From: Candidatus Nomurabacteria bacterium
Lineage (GTDB): Bacteria > Patescibacteriota > Minisyncoccia > Phycocordibacterales > UBA9973
Assembly: GCA_026396065.1 (NCBI GenBank)
Contig: JAPLXO010000011.1
Coordinates: forward strand, 10,748-74,747
DNA: 64,000 bases
Direction: 5' to 3'
Shown: piece by piece, positions 47,065 through 57,736 of the stretch
Numbering within the stretch: position 1 is the first letter of the stretch
Layout of the letters: each line of letters opens with the position of its first letter
Program-made: the position numbers and the translations under genes
Notes under the pieces: model-generated
The model's database searches: none
What the model was told of the DNA's origin: nothing
What the model saw: the letters and a program-made list of their open reading frames with translations, nothing else

Positions 47065-48480
47065 ATGCAAAATAGAACATATATAAAGGATTTAAATAGT
47101 AAAAAAGGGGAAGAAGCTATCATCGCTGGGTGGGTAGATATTCGTCGCGACCAAGGTAAAATGGTCTTTTTCGATATGCGTGATATGACTGGAAAAATAC
47201 AATGTGTGGTGCTTCCTCAAAAGGCAGAAGTCCCGACTGAAAGTCGTGGATCCTCGGCAATAGAAATTGCCGGGAAAATTCGCCCTGAATGGGTTTTGAA
47301 AATTACTGGAAAAGTAAATGCTCGCCCAGAAAAAAATGTAAATAAAGATCAACAAAATGGTGATGTGGAACTCGAAGTATTAACTATCGAAGTTTTAAAC
47401 GAAGCAAAGACTCCGCCATTTCAAGTAAATGAAAATACAAGTGGGATTAATGAAGATTTAAGAATGAAATACAAATATTTAGATTTGCGTACAGAAAGAA
47501 TGCAAAAAAATATTCGTATGCGTGACAAGATCGTGACTTTCTTCCGCCAATATATGCATGACAATGGTTTTCTAGATGTAGAAACTCCAATAATGACAAA
47601 AGGAACACCAGAGGGAAGTCGTGAATATCTCGTGCCATCTCGATTGGAACCGGGCAATTTTTATGTGCTTCCACAATCACCACAACAATTCAAACAGCTT
47701 TGTATGGTAGGAGGAGTTGAAAAATATTTCCAAATTGCAAAATGTATGCGTGATGAGGACACTCGTGGTGACCGTCAGCCAGAATTTACTCAGCTTGATT
47801 ACGAAATGTCTTTTGTGACACAAGAAGAAATTATTACTTATACAGAAGATATGTTTATTAAAATGGTGCAAACTGTTTACCCTGAGAAAAAAATCCAACA
47901 AATTCCATTTCCAAGACTTACATATGCAGAATCAATGGAAAAATATAGCAATGATAAACCAGACCTTCGTGAAAATAAAGAAGATCCAAACTTGCTCGCA
48001 TTTTGCTGGGTAGTAGATTTTCCAATGTTTGAAAAAGATTCTGAAGGCGGAGTGCAAGCTGTGCACCATCCATTTACTTCACCAAAAACTGAAGACGCAC
48101 ACCTGCTCGACACTGATCCTCTTTCTGCTCGCGCAAATGCATATGATATCGTGCTCAACGGCTATGAACTCGGTGGAGGAAGTATTCGTATTCACAAAAG
48201 AGAATTACAAAATAAAATTTTCGAATTACTTGGCCTTTCAAAAGAACTCATCGAAGCTCGTTTCGGACATATGCTCGAAGCTTTTGAATATGGTGCTCCG
48301 CCACACGGAGGTTGTGCGCAAGGTATCGACCGTATCGTAATGCTAATGCAAAATGAGCCAAACATCCGCGAAGTTATTGCTTTTCCAAAAACTGGTGAAG
48401 GCAAAGATCTGATGATGGGCGCTCCTTCGACAGCTTCTGATAAACAACTAAAAGAACTCGGTATTCAACTGAAAAAATAA
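47065..48480 (+). CDS. aspS: Aspartyl-tRNA synthetase, short form without GAD insertion domain
   Basis: 471 aa; OB anticodon-binding N-domain; class II motifs; [23 protein letters not shown] and HHPFTSPK...[19 protein letters not shown] match the bacterial AspRS signatures. Confidence 0.85.
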   Translation: MQNRTYIKDLNSKKGEEAIIAGWVDIRRDQGKMVFFDMRDMTGKIQCVVLPQKAEVPTESRGSSAIEIAGKIRPEWVLKITGKVNARPEKNVNKDQQNGDVELEVLTIEVLNEAKTPPFQVNENTSGINEDLRMKYKYLDLRTERMQKNIRMRDKIVTFFRQYMHDNGFLDVETPIMTKGTPEGSREYLVPSRLEPGNFYVLPQSPQQFKQLCMVGGVEKYFQIAKCMRDEDTRGDRQPEFTQLDYEMSFVTQEEIITYTEDMFIKMVQTVYPEKKIQQIPFPRLTYAESMEKYSNDKPDLRENKEDPNLLAFCWVVDFPMFEKDSEGGVQAVHHPFTSPKTEDAHLLDTDPLSARANAYDIVLNGYELGGGSIRIHKRELQNKIFELLGLSKELIEARFGHMLEAFEYGAPPHGGCAQGIDRIVMLMQNEPNIREVIAFPKTGEGKDLMMGAPSTASDKQLKELGIQLKK

Positions 48481-48837
48481 ATGATTATCTCGGGCAAAGT
48501 GATAAAAGGTGACAAGTATGGTAGGGAACTAGGATTTCCTACGGTTAATTTGGACAGAAAAAACTTTTTAAATTTAGAAAAGAAACCGAAATTTGGAATT
48601 TGGAAGGGAGTTGCTATACTTAATCGCAAGTCTTACAAAGCAGGAATAGTTATCGGTCCACTTGATAAAAAAGGTTTACCAAAAATCGAAGCATACTTAT
48701 TAGATTTTTCTAAAAATATTTATGGCGAGAAATTGATTATAGAATTAGAAAAATTTATCAGACCATTTAAAAAATTTAAAATTGAAGCTGACCTTATCAA
48801 TCAAATTAAAAAAGATATAGAAATATGCAAGAAATAA
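48481..48837 (+). CDS. Riboflavin kinase domain protein (stand-alone RibF C-terminal-like)
   Basis: 118 aa; G.VIKGDKYGRELGFPTVNL is the riboflavin kinase signature. Confidence 0.7.
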   Translation: MIISGKVIKGDKYGRELGFPTVNLDRKNFLNLEKKPKFGIWKGVAILNRKSYKAGIVIGPLDKKGLPKIEAYLLDFSKNIYGEKLIIELEKFIRPFKKFKIEADLINQIKKDIEICKK

Positions 48838-49751
48838 AAGTAGAAGAAAAAAAGTCATATGTTGGGCCAGTGCTGATAATTATTGCAGCATTACTTTGGG
48901 CTGTGGACGGAGTAATTCGTCGCAATCTTTATACCTTGCCACCAATTACAATAATATTTTTTGAACACTTAATCGGTTTTGGAATCTTGCTTCCTTTCGC
49001 TTGGAAATATGTCGTCAAAGCAGAGCTCACAAAAAGAGAATGGATTCTAACTATCGTAGTAGCGACATTGAGTGGACTGCTAGGAACACTTTGGTTCACG
49101 ACTGCGCTCCTGAAAGTGCATTTTATTTCTTTCTCTGTAGTTTTTTTATTACAAAAATTACAACCACTTTTCGCTATTGGAACTGCTTCAATTTTCTTGA
49201 AAGAAAAAATGGATAAAAGATATATTATCTGGGCATTGCTTGCCATTGCTTCTGCATATTTCGTCACATTTCCAAATGGCGTCGTGAATTTTTCGACAGG
49301 TGAGGGTACGATCATCGCCGCAGTTTACGCTCTCGGTGCAGCTATTGCATGGGGAAGCTCTACTACATTTTCTAAAATGCTCCTAGGCAAAGTCCGTGCT
49401 GAAGTCAGCACTTTTTATCGTTTTCTTTTTACAATGTGTTTAGCTTTTCCTATTATTTTAATCACTGGAAATAAAGCCTCGCTAACTGCTATAAATATCA
49501 ATCAATTAGGCTTATTTGCGCTTATAGCGGTGTCTACTGGTATGGTAGCACTCCTCATCTATTACAAAGGCCTCGCGAAAACTCCTGTGCATATTTCTAC
49601 AATCCTTGAACTCACATTTCCATTTATCGCAATTTTCATCGATATGAAGCTCTATCACACAGTCCTCACTCCAATGCAATGGATTATGTCCCTCGTTCTC
49701 GTATTTAGTATCTACAAAATCGCCCGGTTGAGAGAAAGTATTGTAGCCTAA
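48825..49751 (+). CDS. EamA/DMT-superfamily transporter
   Basis: 308 aa; 10 TM in two EamA repeats. Confidence 0.65.
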   Translation: MQEIKVEEKKSYVGPVLIIIAALLWAVDGVIRRNLYTLPPITIIFFEHLIGFGILLPFAWKYVVKAELTKREWILTIVVATLSGLLGTLWFTTALLKVHFISFSVVFLLQKLQPLFAIGTASIFLKEKMDKRYIIWALLAIASAYFVTFPNGVVNFSTGEGTIIAAVYALGAAIAWGSSTTFSKMLLGKVRAEVSTFYRFLFTMCLAFPIILITGNKASLTAININQLGLFALIAVSTGMVALLIYYKGLAKTPVHISTILELTFPFIAIFIDMKLYHTVLTPMQWIMSLVLVFSIYKIARLRESIVA

Positions 49752-49909
49752 TAGCTGTTGACTTCTTCTAATTAAATATGGTAATGTAAAACTAATTTCG
49801 TACTTTGAAAATAGGTTTTTTGTTATAGATTTTTGTGTTCTCCCTGTTTCTTTATGGAGATGGAGAGAACATTAAAATAATAATAATCTATCTTAAATAA
49901 AAATTCAAA

Positions 49910-50167
49910 ATGAAAAAATTAAAACAAAACAAAAAAGAAACCACGGACGTTGTTTCTTTAAAAAACCAAATTACAGCTACTGCTTCTTTTGGACCAACTG
50001 AAGGTGGGAAAGGTACCACAATAAGTTTAGAATTTACTTTCCCCGAAAAGTGGTCTAATAAAAAAATAGAGAAAGAGACTAAAAAAATAAATTCTAGACT
50101 TCGGAGTTTAATAGGAGAAACTATTAATGGAAGTAAGATTTTAGACGTAATAACACCTTTAAACTAA
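49910..50167 (+). CDS. Small hypothetical protein
   Basis: 85-aa ORF with an upstream TTGACT-containing promoter-like region; no homology recognised. Confidence 0.3.
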   Translation: MKKLKQNKKETTDVVSLKNQITATASFGPTEGGKGTTISLEFTFPEKWSNKKIEKETKKINSRLRSLIGETINGSKILDVITPLN

Positions 50168-50250
50168 TTTTTTTATTTTATAATTCTTCTTAAAACCCGG
50201 TATTCAATTACAGGGTTTTAAATTTACCATTTTTCTGTTAAAATGCACTA

Positions 50251-52827
50251 ATGCAAAAGAAAACAACTAAGAAAATAAATGTTCGATTGGCGACACATAT
50301 AATGCCTATTCATTATGAAATAACCTTGAGGCCAGATCTCGAAGCGCATGTTTTCAGTGGTGAAGAAATAATTACGATAAGTACAGACAAGGCTGTGAGT
50401 GAAATAACTCTACACTCAAAAGAATTACATATAGAAAGTGCAGAAGTGGTACTCGGTAAAGAAAAAATTCAAACTAAAAAAATTACTTATAATGAAAAAT
50501 TAGAAACTGCGACTTTTATTTTTCCAAAACAAATTAAAAAAGGGAAACTGAAACTCCATATTATTTTCCGTGGAATTTTGGCCGATAATATGCGAGGATT
50601 TTACAAGAGTAAATATGTCGTTGATGGAAAAGAGAGATTTATGGCGACAACGCAATTTGAAGCCACAGATGCCCGCCGATGTATTCCATGTTTTGATGAG
50701 CCGACACATAAAGCGGTTTTCCTAGTGCACTTGATAATACCAAGTGACAAGACTGCAATTTCAAATACTTTGCCAGCAATAGTAAAAGAGCATAGCGCTG
50801 GTTTCAAAATTGTTTCTTTTGATGAAACTCCAAAAATGTCTACATACCTCCTCGCTTTTATCGTCGGAGATTTCGAATGGTTAGAAAAGAAAACAAGGAC
50901 AGGAGTAAAAGTTCGAGTAATGACTGTCCCTGGTAAAAAAGAACAAGGGACTTTTGCATTAGATGTGACAGTGAAATGTCTCGAATTTTATGAAAAATAT
51001 TTTGATATAAAATATCCACTCGATACTTTGGACATGCTCGCAATTCCAGACTTTGCTTCCGGTGCGATGGAAAACTGGGGCGCAGTGACTTTCCGAGAAA
51101 CTTGCCTACTCGTAGATGAGAAAAATACTTCAACAGCTACAAAAGAATATGTGGCTATCGTCGTGGCGCACGAGCTCGCACACCAATGGTTCGGCAACCT
51201 CGTCACGATGGAATGGTGGACACATTTATGGCTCAACGAAGGCTTTGCTTCTTATATTCCATATCTTGCTATCGATGAATTTTTCCCTAGCTGGAAAATA
51301 TGGGATAAATTTGCGACAGACGACCTAGCAATAGCACTGAAGCTCGACGCACTCAGCAATACACATCCGATAGAAGTAGATGTTCACAATCCAAATCAAA
51401 TCGGAGAAATTTTTGATGCAGTGTCATATAGTAAAGGTGCGACAGTCATCCGCATGCTCGCAGAATATATCGGCGAGAAAAATTTCCGTGACGGACTAAG
51501 ATATTATTTAAAGAAACATAGCTATAAAAATGCTTCGACGATACACCTCTGGGATGCATTTGAAAAAGTCTCAAAAAAACCTATTAAAAAAATGATGGCT
51601 ATTTGGACAGGGAAGTCTGGCTACCCAGTAATTTCAATAAAAGAAAAAGGTAACAAATTGGAAATTTCTCAACAGAGACATTATTCTAGTGAGACGAGTA
51701 GGAAAGAAAATAAAGATAAAACCGTGTGGCCAATACCACTTTCTTTTATTACAAAAAGAGATACAAATAAGTTTCCATTAATGACTTCAAAGAAAATCTC
51801 TATTATGAAGCCAGCCGATACATGGTTTAAAGCTAATTCAAATGAGACAGGATTATATAGAACAAATTACGATAAAAAATTCTTGATAGATTTGATCACA
51901 CCCATAGAAAATAAAGCTCTATCATCAGTAGATCGTTTAGGAATAATCCGTGATCAATTCTCTCTTTCTGAATCAGGAATAATTTCTACGACAGATGCAC
52001 TGGAAACTTGTTTACTGTATAAAAAAGAAGATACTTTGATCGTTTGGACTGAAGTAATCTCTGGACTTCGTTATATTGCAAATATTTTAGCCGGCACAAA
52101 AGCTGAAGAAAATTTTAGAGTGTATGCCAGAGAAATTTTAAAAGAAATTGTTTTAGAAGTTGGCTTTGAAAGTATTGAAAGTGAAGGGCACAATGAGTCA
52201 TTGCTTCGTCCGCTCGTACTAGGCGCATCATCATATTTTGGTGATACTGACACTATTTCAAAAATGAAAATAATTTTTGAAAATAGAAAAAATAAAATTA
52301 TCAATCCAGATATTCGTAGTATTATTTATGGCACAATAGTGCGTGAAGGTGGCGAAAAAGAATACAACGAAATTCTAGAAATGTTTAATACTGAAACAAT
52401 GCACGAGGAGAAGAATCGTTTGCTCGGTGCACTGGGAGCAACACGTAATAAAAAATTGTTACAAAAAACATTAGACTTCATAATGACAGACAAAGTGCGC
52501 TTGCAAGACAGAAATAGTGCTTTTGCTAGTGTCCTAGTAAATACTCATGGACGAGAAATCGGCTGGGAATTCTTGAAAAGGAATTGGGATAAAATAGGAA
52601 AAGCATATGGTGATGGAAATCATTTACTGGCTAGACTCGTATCAGTCTTAAATCGTAATACCACAAAAGAGGCTTTGAATGATATCAAAAAATTCTTTAA
52701 AACCCACAGTGCACCTTCTGCAGAAAGAACAATACTCCAAACCCTTGAACATATCGATTCAAATATAAAATGGCTAAAAAGAGATGAAAAAAATATTGAA
52801 AACTGGTTAATGAATATTAAATATTAA
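50251..52827 (+). CDS. pepN: Aminopeptidase N (M1 family zinc metallopeptidase)
   Basis: 858 aa; GAMENWG exopeptidase motif; HELAHQWFGNLVT...WLNEGFASY (HExxH-x18-E). Confidence 0.92.
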   Translation: MQKKTTKKINVRLATHIMPIHYEITLRPDLEAHVFSGEEIITISTDKAVSEITLHSKELHIESAEVVLGKEKIQTKKITYNEKLETATFIFPKQIKKGKLKLHIIFRGILADNMRGFYKSKYVVDGKERFMATTQFEATDARRCIPCFDEPTHKAVFLVHLIIPSDKTAISNTLPAIVKEHSAGFKIVSFDETPKMSTYLLAFIVGDFEWLEKKTRTGVKVRVMTVPGKKEQGTFALDVTVKCLEFYEKYFDIKYPLDTLDMLAIPDFASGAMENWGAVTFRETCLLVDEKNTSTATKEYVAIVVAHELAHQWFGNLVTMEWWTHLWLNEGFASYIPYLAIDEFFPSWKIWDKFATDDLAIALKLDALSNTHPIEVDVHNPNQIGEIFDAVSYSKGATVIRMLAEYIGEKNFRDGLRYYLKKHSYKNASTIHLWDAFEKVSKKPIKKMMAIWTGKSGYPVISIKEKGNKLEISQQRHYSSETSRKENKDKTVWPIPLSFITKRDTNKFPLMTSKKISIMKPADTWFKANSNETGLYRTNYDKKFLIDLITPIENKALSSVDRLGIIRDQFSLSESGIISTTDALETCLLYKKEDTLIVWTEVISGLRYIANILAGTKAEENFRVYAREILKEIVLEVGFESIESEGHNESLLRPLVLGASSYFGDTDTISKMKIIFENRKNKIINPDIRSIIYGTIVREGGEKEYNEILEMFNTETMHEEKNRLLGALGATRNKKLLQKTLDFIMTDKVRLQDRNSAFASVLVNTHGREIGWEFLKRNWDKIGKAYGDGNHLLARLVSVLNRNTTKEALNDIKKFFKTHSAPSAERTILQTLEHIDSNIKWLKRDEKNIENWLMNIKY

Positions 52828-52831
52828 TTTT

Positions 52832-53686
52832 ATGTGGCTACCTTTTGCAATTCTTGCAGCAATTATTTCAGGATCAAGAAGAGTTTACGATAAGCATTTA
52901 ACAAAAAGCTTTGGTAATTTTTCTGTTGGTTTTATTGTTCAAGCTTTTTCACTTTTACCAACACTAATATTATTTTTATTTTTTCCAATTCCAAAAGATA
53001 TCTTACATTTACCTTGGCAATTTTGGTGGCCACTTTTAATTATCTGGTTGATTCTTTATCCTGTTCAGACATATTTTATGTATCGTTCAATGAGAGAAGG
53101 GGAGCTTTCTTCTGTAACACCTATCCTGGCTTTAATTCCAGCATTTAATATAATTTCTTCATTCTTTTTAATTCATGAAATACCTTCAATTTTAGGTATT
53201 TTAGGTATTATTCTTATAATAGCTGGTGTCTATCTTTTACTAAAAAAGAGGGGTGAACATATGAAAAGCAAACCAGAATTATGGATGATAATCACGACTA
53301 TTGGTATTGCGATTGGATCTACTTTAGATAAAATTTCTGTCTCGGCTTCCACACCAGTTTTTTATAGTTTTATGAATACCTTAGGTGCAAGTATCGTATT
53401 TATAATACTAATGAGAATATACAAACAACACGGTGAACTAAAAAAAATGAAAGGGAACTTATTTTGGCAATTTATGCTTGTCGGAATCTTCCAAGCTATT
53501 TCTTATACAGCCAGCATGTTCGCTTTTGCTAAAGGCCCGACTTCTTATGTCTTAGCAATTAGAGGTGGAGGATATATAATAGCTGCTTTATGGGGTCTGA
53601 TTGTTTTAAGAGAGAATTTTTCTAATCGTAAACGTTTTGCCTTTTTATTTTTTTTATTAGGTGTAATTTTATTAGCATTCTCATAA
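52832..53686 (+). CDS. EamA-like/DMT membrane transporter
   Basis: 284 aa; ~9-10 TM. Confidence 0.55.
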   Translation: MWLPFAILAAIISGSRRVYDKHLTKSFGNFSVGFIVQAFSLLPTLILFLFFPIPKDILHLPWQFWWPLLIIWLILYPVQTYFMYRSMREGELSSVTPILALIPAFNIISSFFLIHEIPSILGILGIILIIAGVYLLLKKRGEHMKSKPELWMIITTIGIAIGSTLDKISVSASTPVFYSFMNTLGASIVFIILMRIYKQHGELKKMKGNLFWQFMLVGIFQAISYTASMFAFAKGPTSYVLAIRGGGYIIAALWGLIVLRENFSNRKRFAFLFFLLGVILLAFS

Positions 53687-53718
53687 CGTTTTAATTAAGT
53701 TTTAAAAATGTTAAACTA

Positions 53719-54489
53719 TTGAATAATATGGAAAATGACACTTTAGAAAATTCATATAAGGTCAAAACCGTCAATTTTGAAGGACCTTTTGGTTTGCTTT
53801 TAAATTTAATAGAAGCTAGAAAACTTTTCATAAATGAAATCTCTTTGGCACAAGTGACAGAGGATTATATAAATTATGTAAATAATTTAGGAGGGTTGAG
53901 CTCGGCGGAAATTTCTAGTTTTATTGTCGTCGCAGCGACGCTGATTTTAATTAAATCAAAATCTTTACTTCCAAATTTAAATCTGACAAATGAAGAAGAA
54001 GGGGAGATTGTAAATCTTGAAGAACGCTTAAAACTTTTTGAATTATATTCAAAACTTGGATTAAACATAAAAAGAGATTTTGGTAAGAAAATAATTTTTG
54101 CACCACTAGAACGAAAAAATGATACTTTGATTTTCTTGCCTGATGATCAAATAACTCGAGAGAGTATGATGACTTTTGCAAATGATGTTATAAATAAAAT
54201 TCCTAAAAAAATAATATTACCGGAAGTAGAAGTGAGAAAAGTGATCAGTATCGAAGAAATGATAGATAAACTCGCAGAGAGAATGCAAACAGCTATAAAA
54301 ATGAATTTTAAAGAATTTACAGGTAAAGGTGTGACGAAAGAAGAGCGTGTAGTTGTAATTGTTGGATTTCTTGCTATGCTAGAGTTAGTCCGCCAAGGTA
54401 TAGTGAACGTTGTTCAAGAAAACAATTTTCAAGATATAATTATAGAACAACATTCTTCAGATGAAGTAGTGTCATTAGCCATAGAATAA
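53719..54489 (+). CDS. scpA: Segregation and condensation protein A
   Basis: 256 aa; FEGPFGLLLNLIEARKL kleisin N-terminal motif; followed by scpB. Confidence 0.8.
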   Translation: MNNMENDTLENSYKVKTVNFEGPFGLLLNLIEARKLFINEISLAQVTEDYINYVNNLGGLSSAEISSFIVVAATLILIKSKSLLPNLNLTNEEEGEIVNLEERLKLFELYSKLGLNIKRDFGKKIIFAPLERKNDTLIFLPDDQITRESMMTFANDVINKIPKKIILPEVEVRKVISIEEMIDKLAERMQTAIKMNFKEFTGKGVTKEERVVVIVGFLAMLELVRQGIVNVVQENNFQDIIIEQHSSDEVVSLAIE

Positions 54490-54490
54490 T

Positions 54491-55051
54491 ATGAATTTAG
54501 AACAAAAAATAGAATCAGTCTTATTTTGGAAAGGGGAACCAGTCTCGATGAGAAAATTGCGAGATATTTTAAAAGTGGAAGAAAATGAAATTACTGAAGG
54601 TGTAATTCGACTTAAGGAAAATTTGGCTAATAGAGGGATAGTTTTAGTTGAAAAGAATGATGAGATAATGCTCGGCACTGCACCAGAACTTTCAAAACTT
54701 TTTGAAGACTTACAAAAAGAAGAATTAAATAAAGAGCTTTCAAAATCAAGCCTCGAAACACTTTCTATTGTACTTTACAAAAATGGCGTTGCCCGTTCTG
54801 AAATTGATTATATTCGTGGAGTAAATTCTAGTTTTATTCTTCGTGCACTATCTATACGTGGACTAGTAGAAAAAATCACTGACCCAGAAGATTCACGTAG
54901 ATATATCTACAAACCAACTTTTGAATTACTTTCATTTATGGGAATAAAAAATGTAGAAGAATTACCTGATTATGCTGAAGTAAATAATTCTATTAAAACA
55001 GAAATTGTAAGACTAAATGAAGAAATAAAGAAAGAAAATGAAGGCAACTAA
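54491..55051 (+). CDS. scpB: Segregation and condensation protein B
   Basis: 186 aa; tandem winged-helix ScpB pattern (IESVLFWKGEPVSMRKLRDIL). Confidence 0.78.
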   Translation: MNLEQKIESVLFWKGEPVSMRKLRDILKVEENEITEGVIRLKENLANRGIVLVEKNDEIMLGTAPELSKLFEDLQKEELNKELSKSSLETLSIVLYKNGVARSEIDYIRGVNSSFILRALSIRGLVEKITDPEDSRRYIYKPTFELLSFMGIKNVEELPDYAEVNNSIKTEIVRLNEEIKKENEGN

Positions 55052-55925
55052 AGAACAAAAATTATTACTTTTTGTTCTTATTCTCCTTCTTTTGGAAGGA
55101 GTTTTCTTTAGTTTAAGTAAATATCAAATAAATAAAAAAGAAGAAATTGAAAATGAAATTATTCTGAATGAAAAAAAACTAATAAATCAAAAATTATCAA
55201 ATTTACAAATGGAAGCAAAAGCTGTATCTATTTACGACTTAGATAAAAATGAATTTATTTACGGGAAAAATGATACTATTCCAATGCCTCTGGCTTCATT
55301 GGTAAAAACAATGACAGTATTGATCGCCACACAAAACAACTTTGATAAAATCATAATTTCAAAAGAATCAATAAATCAAGCAGAGGATAATGGTCTTTAT
55401 GCAGGTGAAATATGGAATATTAATGATTTGGCAAAGTTTAGTTTAATTGCTTCTTCAAATGATGGAGCTTATGCTTTGAGTGAAGGAATAGATAATTTTA
55501 TTTTTAAAATGAATGAGGAAGCAAAAAAAATTGGTATGGAACACACAATTTTTTATAACCAAACAGGATTAGATATTGACGACAAAAATGCTGGAGCCTA
55601 TGGAAATGCAAACGACATGAACACTCTAGCTGTATTTGCATATCGTTTTAATAAAAGTTTATTTGAAGCCACACAAAATAAAGAATTAAATTTTAACATA
55701 ACTAGTGGCAACAAAATTTTCTCACATACAGCACAAAATACTAACAATTTAATAGGAAAAATACCAAATATTCTTTTTTCAAAAACTGGTCATACAGAAC
55801 TCGCAGGAGGAAATTTGACTATAATTTGGGAAAACAACAAAGGTAAACAGTATGCTATCACAGTACTAGGTTCGTCTGTAGATGGACGTTTTTCTGATAT
55901 GGAAAAGATTATAAGTGTATTATAA
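55038..55925 (+). CDS. D-alanyl-D-alanine carboxypeptidase (S11 family, PBP5/6-like)
   Basis: 295 aa; N-terminal TM; SxxK (ASLVK), SxN (SSNDG), KTG (KTGHT). Confidence 0.7.
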   Translation: MKATKEQKLLLFVLILLLLEGVFFSLSKYQINKKEEIENEIILNEKKLINQKLSNLQMEAKAVSIYDLDKNEFIYGKNDTIPMPLASLVKTMTVLIATQNNFDKIIISKESINQAEDNGLYAGEIWNINDLAKFSLIASSNDGAYALSEGIDNFIFKMNEEAKKIGMEHTIFYNQTGLDIDDKNAGAYGNANDMNTLAVFAYRFNKSLFEATQNKELNFNITSGNKIFSHTAQNTNNLIGKIPNILFSKTGHTELAGGNLTIIWENNKGKQYAITVLGSSVDGRFSDMEKIISVL

Positions 55926-55933
55926 TTAAGCTT

Positions 55934-57691
55934 ATGGAAGCTGAGACAAGAAATTGCCAAAATTGTAAAAAAAACTTCTTAATAGAAGCAGAAGATTTTG
56001 ACTTCTACCAAAAAATGAAAGTTCCTCCTCCGACTTTTTGTCCAGATTGTAGATATAAACGTAGAGCTATATGGCGCAACGCCCGCCATTTATTTCGAGG
56101 TAAAGATTATATTACGGGCAAAGAATTATTTACCGGAATCCCTCCACAATCTGGATTATCTATATATGAACAAGAATACTGGAACAGTGATAAATGGGAT
56201 TCTTTAGAATATGGTATAGAGTATGATTTTTCTACTGCATTCTTTAAGCAGTTTAATCAACTTTTCCGTTCAGTCCCATATCCTGCAAAATCAATGCAGC
56301 GTTGTATAAATTGTGATTATTCAAACATGTGTGATGATATGAAAAATTGCTATTTGTGTTTCAACGCAACTTTTATGGAAGATTCTGCTTATTGTTGTAA
56401 TGGAAGTGTTTTAAAAAATTGTTTTGATTTAACTAGTTGCTATAATAGTGAATTTTGTTACGACAATGTTCGTGTAGATAAAAGCTATCACACTATTGGC
56501 TCAGTAAATTCAGAAAGTTGTGTTGACGTGTGGTTTTCAAAAAATTGTGTTGGTTGCACCGATTGTTTTGGTTGTGTAAATTTACGCAATGCTAAGTATT
56601 TCATTTTTAACAAACAATTTTCAAAAGAAGAATATTTTAATGCACTCAAATTAATGAATCTTGGTACATGGGATGGTTTTTATAAAGCTAAAATAGAGTC
56701 ACAAAATTTTTGGGAAAAATTCCCTATCAAATATATGCTAGGGTTTAGAAATCATGATGTACTAGGTGAAGATATAAAAGATAGTAAAAATGTAAAATAT
56801 AGTTATATCGTTCAACAAGGAGAAAATTTAAAGTATGTGCAAGATGTTCCGTTTGGCGGTGCTAGTAACTCATACGATTACACCTGTTGGGGAGTTAGTG
56901 CTTCACAAATATATGAATGTATGATTGTTGGAGAACAAGTGGACAATATGAAATTTTGTTTTGAATGCTGGCCGGTGTGTCAGGAATTAGAATATTGTAT
57001 AAATATGAGACGTTCAAAAAACTGCTTTGGATGTGTCGGCATGAAGGACGCTCAATATTGCATTTTAAATAAAAAATACTCAAAAGAAGATTATTTTGAA
57101 CTTGTAGAAAAAATCAAAAAGCATATGGATGAAATGCCTTATATAGATAAAAGAGGAAATTTATATAAATATGGTGAATTTTTTCCTGTGGAATTATCCC
57201 ATTTAGCATATAACGAAACATTACTTAATGATCAGTTTCCTTTAGATAAGGAAACTGTCGAAAAGTTAGGTTTTATTTGGCATGATATAAATAGAAAAGA
57301 ATACGAGGTCACTATACTTACGAAGGATTTACCTCAAATCATTTCAGAAACTCACGAAGCTGTAACTAAAGAAATAATCGAATGTATTGATTGTAAAAAA
57401 GCTTATAGAATTATTTTAAATGAATTTAATTTTTTAAAGAATTTTAACTTACCACTACCTAGAAATTGTGTTGATTGTAGATTCTCTCAAAGACAAAGGT
57501 TTATGGTACCGCCAGTTTTAAAATTTATTGAGTGTATGTGTTCTGGTTATAAATCTTCAAATTCAATTTATAAGAATAATCAAAAACACACTTCACACGA
57601 AGGTAAATGCCAAAATACTTTTCAAACTGCATACAATATAGAAAAAGAAATTATCTATTGTGAGAAGTGCTATCAATCAGAAGTTTATTAA
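55934..57691 (+). CDS. Cysteine-rich zinc-ribbon protein, paralog 7 (585 aa), isolated copy inside the cell-wall gene cluster
   Basis: MEAETRNCQNCKKNFLIEAEDFDFYQKMKVPPPTFCPDCR...; internal C.DCFGCVNLRN..Y.I.N.Q.SKEEYF twice; ends KEIIYCEKCYQSEVY. Confidence 0.7.
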   Translation: MEAETRNCQNCKKNFLIEAEDFDFYQKMKVPPPTFCPDCRYKRRAIWRNARHLFRGKDYITGKELFTGIPPQSGLSIYEQEYWNSDKWDSLEYGIEYDFSTAFFKQFNQLFRSVPYPAKSMQRCINCDYSNMCDDMKNCYLCFNATFMEDSAYCCNGSVLKNCFDLTSCYNSEFCYDNVRVDKSYHTIGSVNSESCVDVWFSKNCVGCTDCFGCVNLRNAKYFIFNKQFSKEEYFNALKLMNLGTWDGFYKAKIESQNFWEKFPIKYMLGFRNHDVLGEDIKDSKNVKYSYIVQQGENLKYVQDVPFGGASNSYDYTCWGVSASQIYECMIVGEQVDNMKFCFECWPVCQELEYCINMRRSKNCFGCVGMKDAQYCILNKKYSKEDYFELVEKIKKHMDEMPYIDKRGNLYKYGEFFPVELSHLAYNETLLNDQFPLDKETVEKLGFIWHDINRKEYEVTILTKDLPQIISETHEAVTKEIIECIDCKKAYRIILNEFNFLKNFNLPLPRNCVDCRFSQRQRFMVPPVLKFIECMCSGYKSSNSIYKNNQKHTSHEGKCQNTFQTAYNIEKEIIYCEKCYQSEVY

Positions 57692-57736
57692 TCTAAAACC
57701 GAGACATACTAACAAAAAACTGATATAATATCGTCT

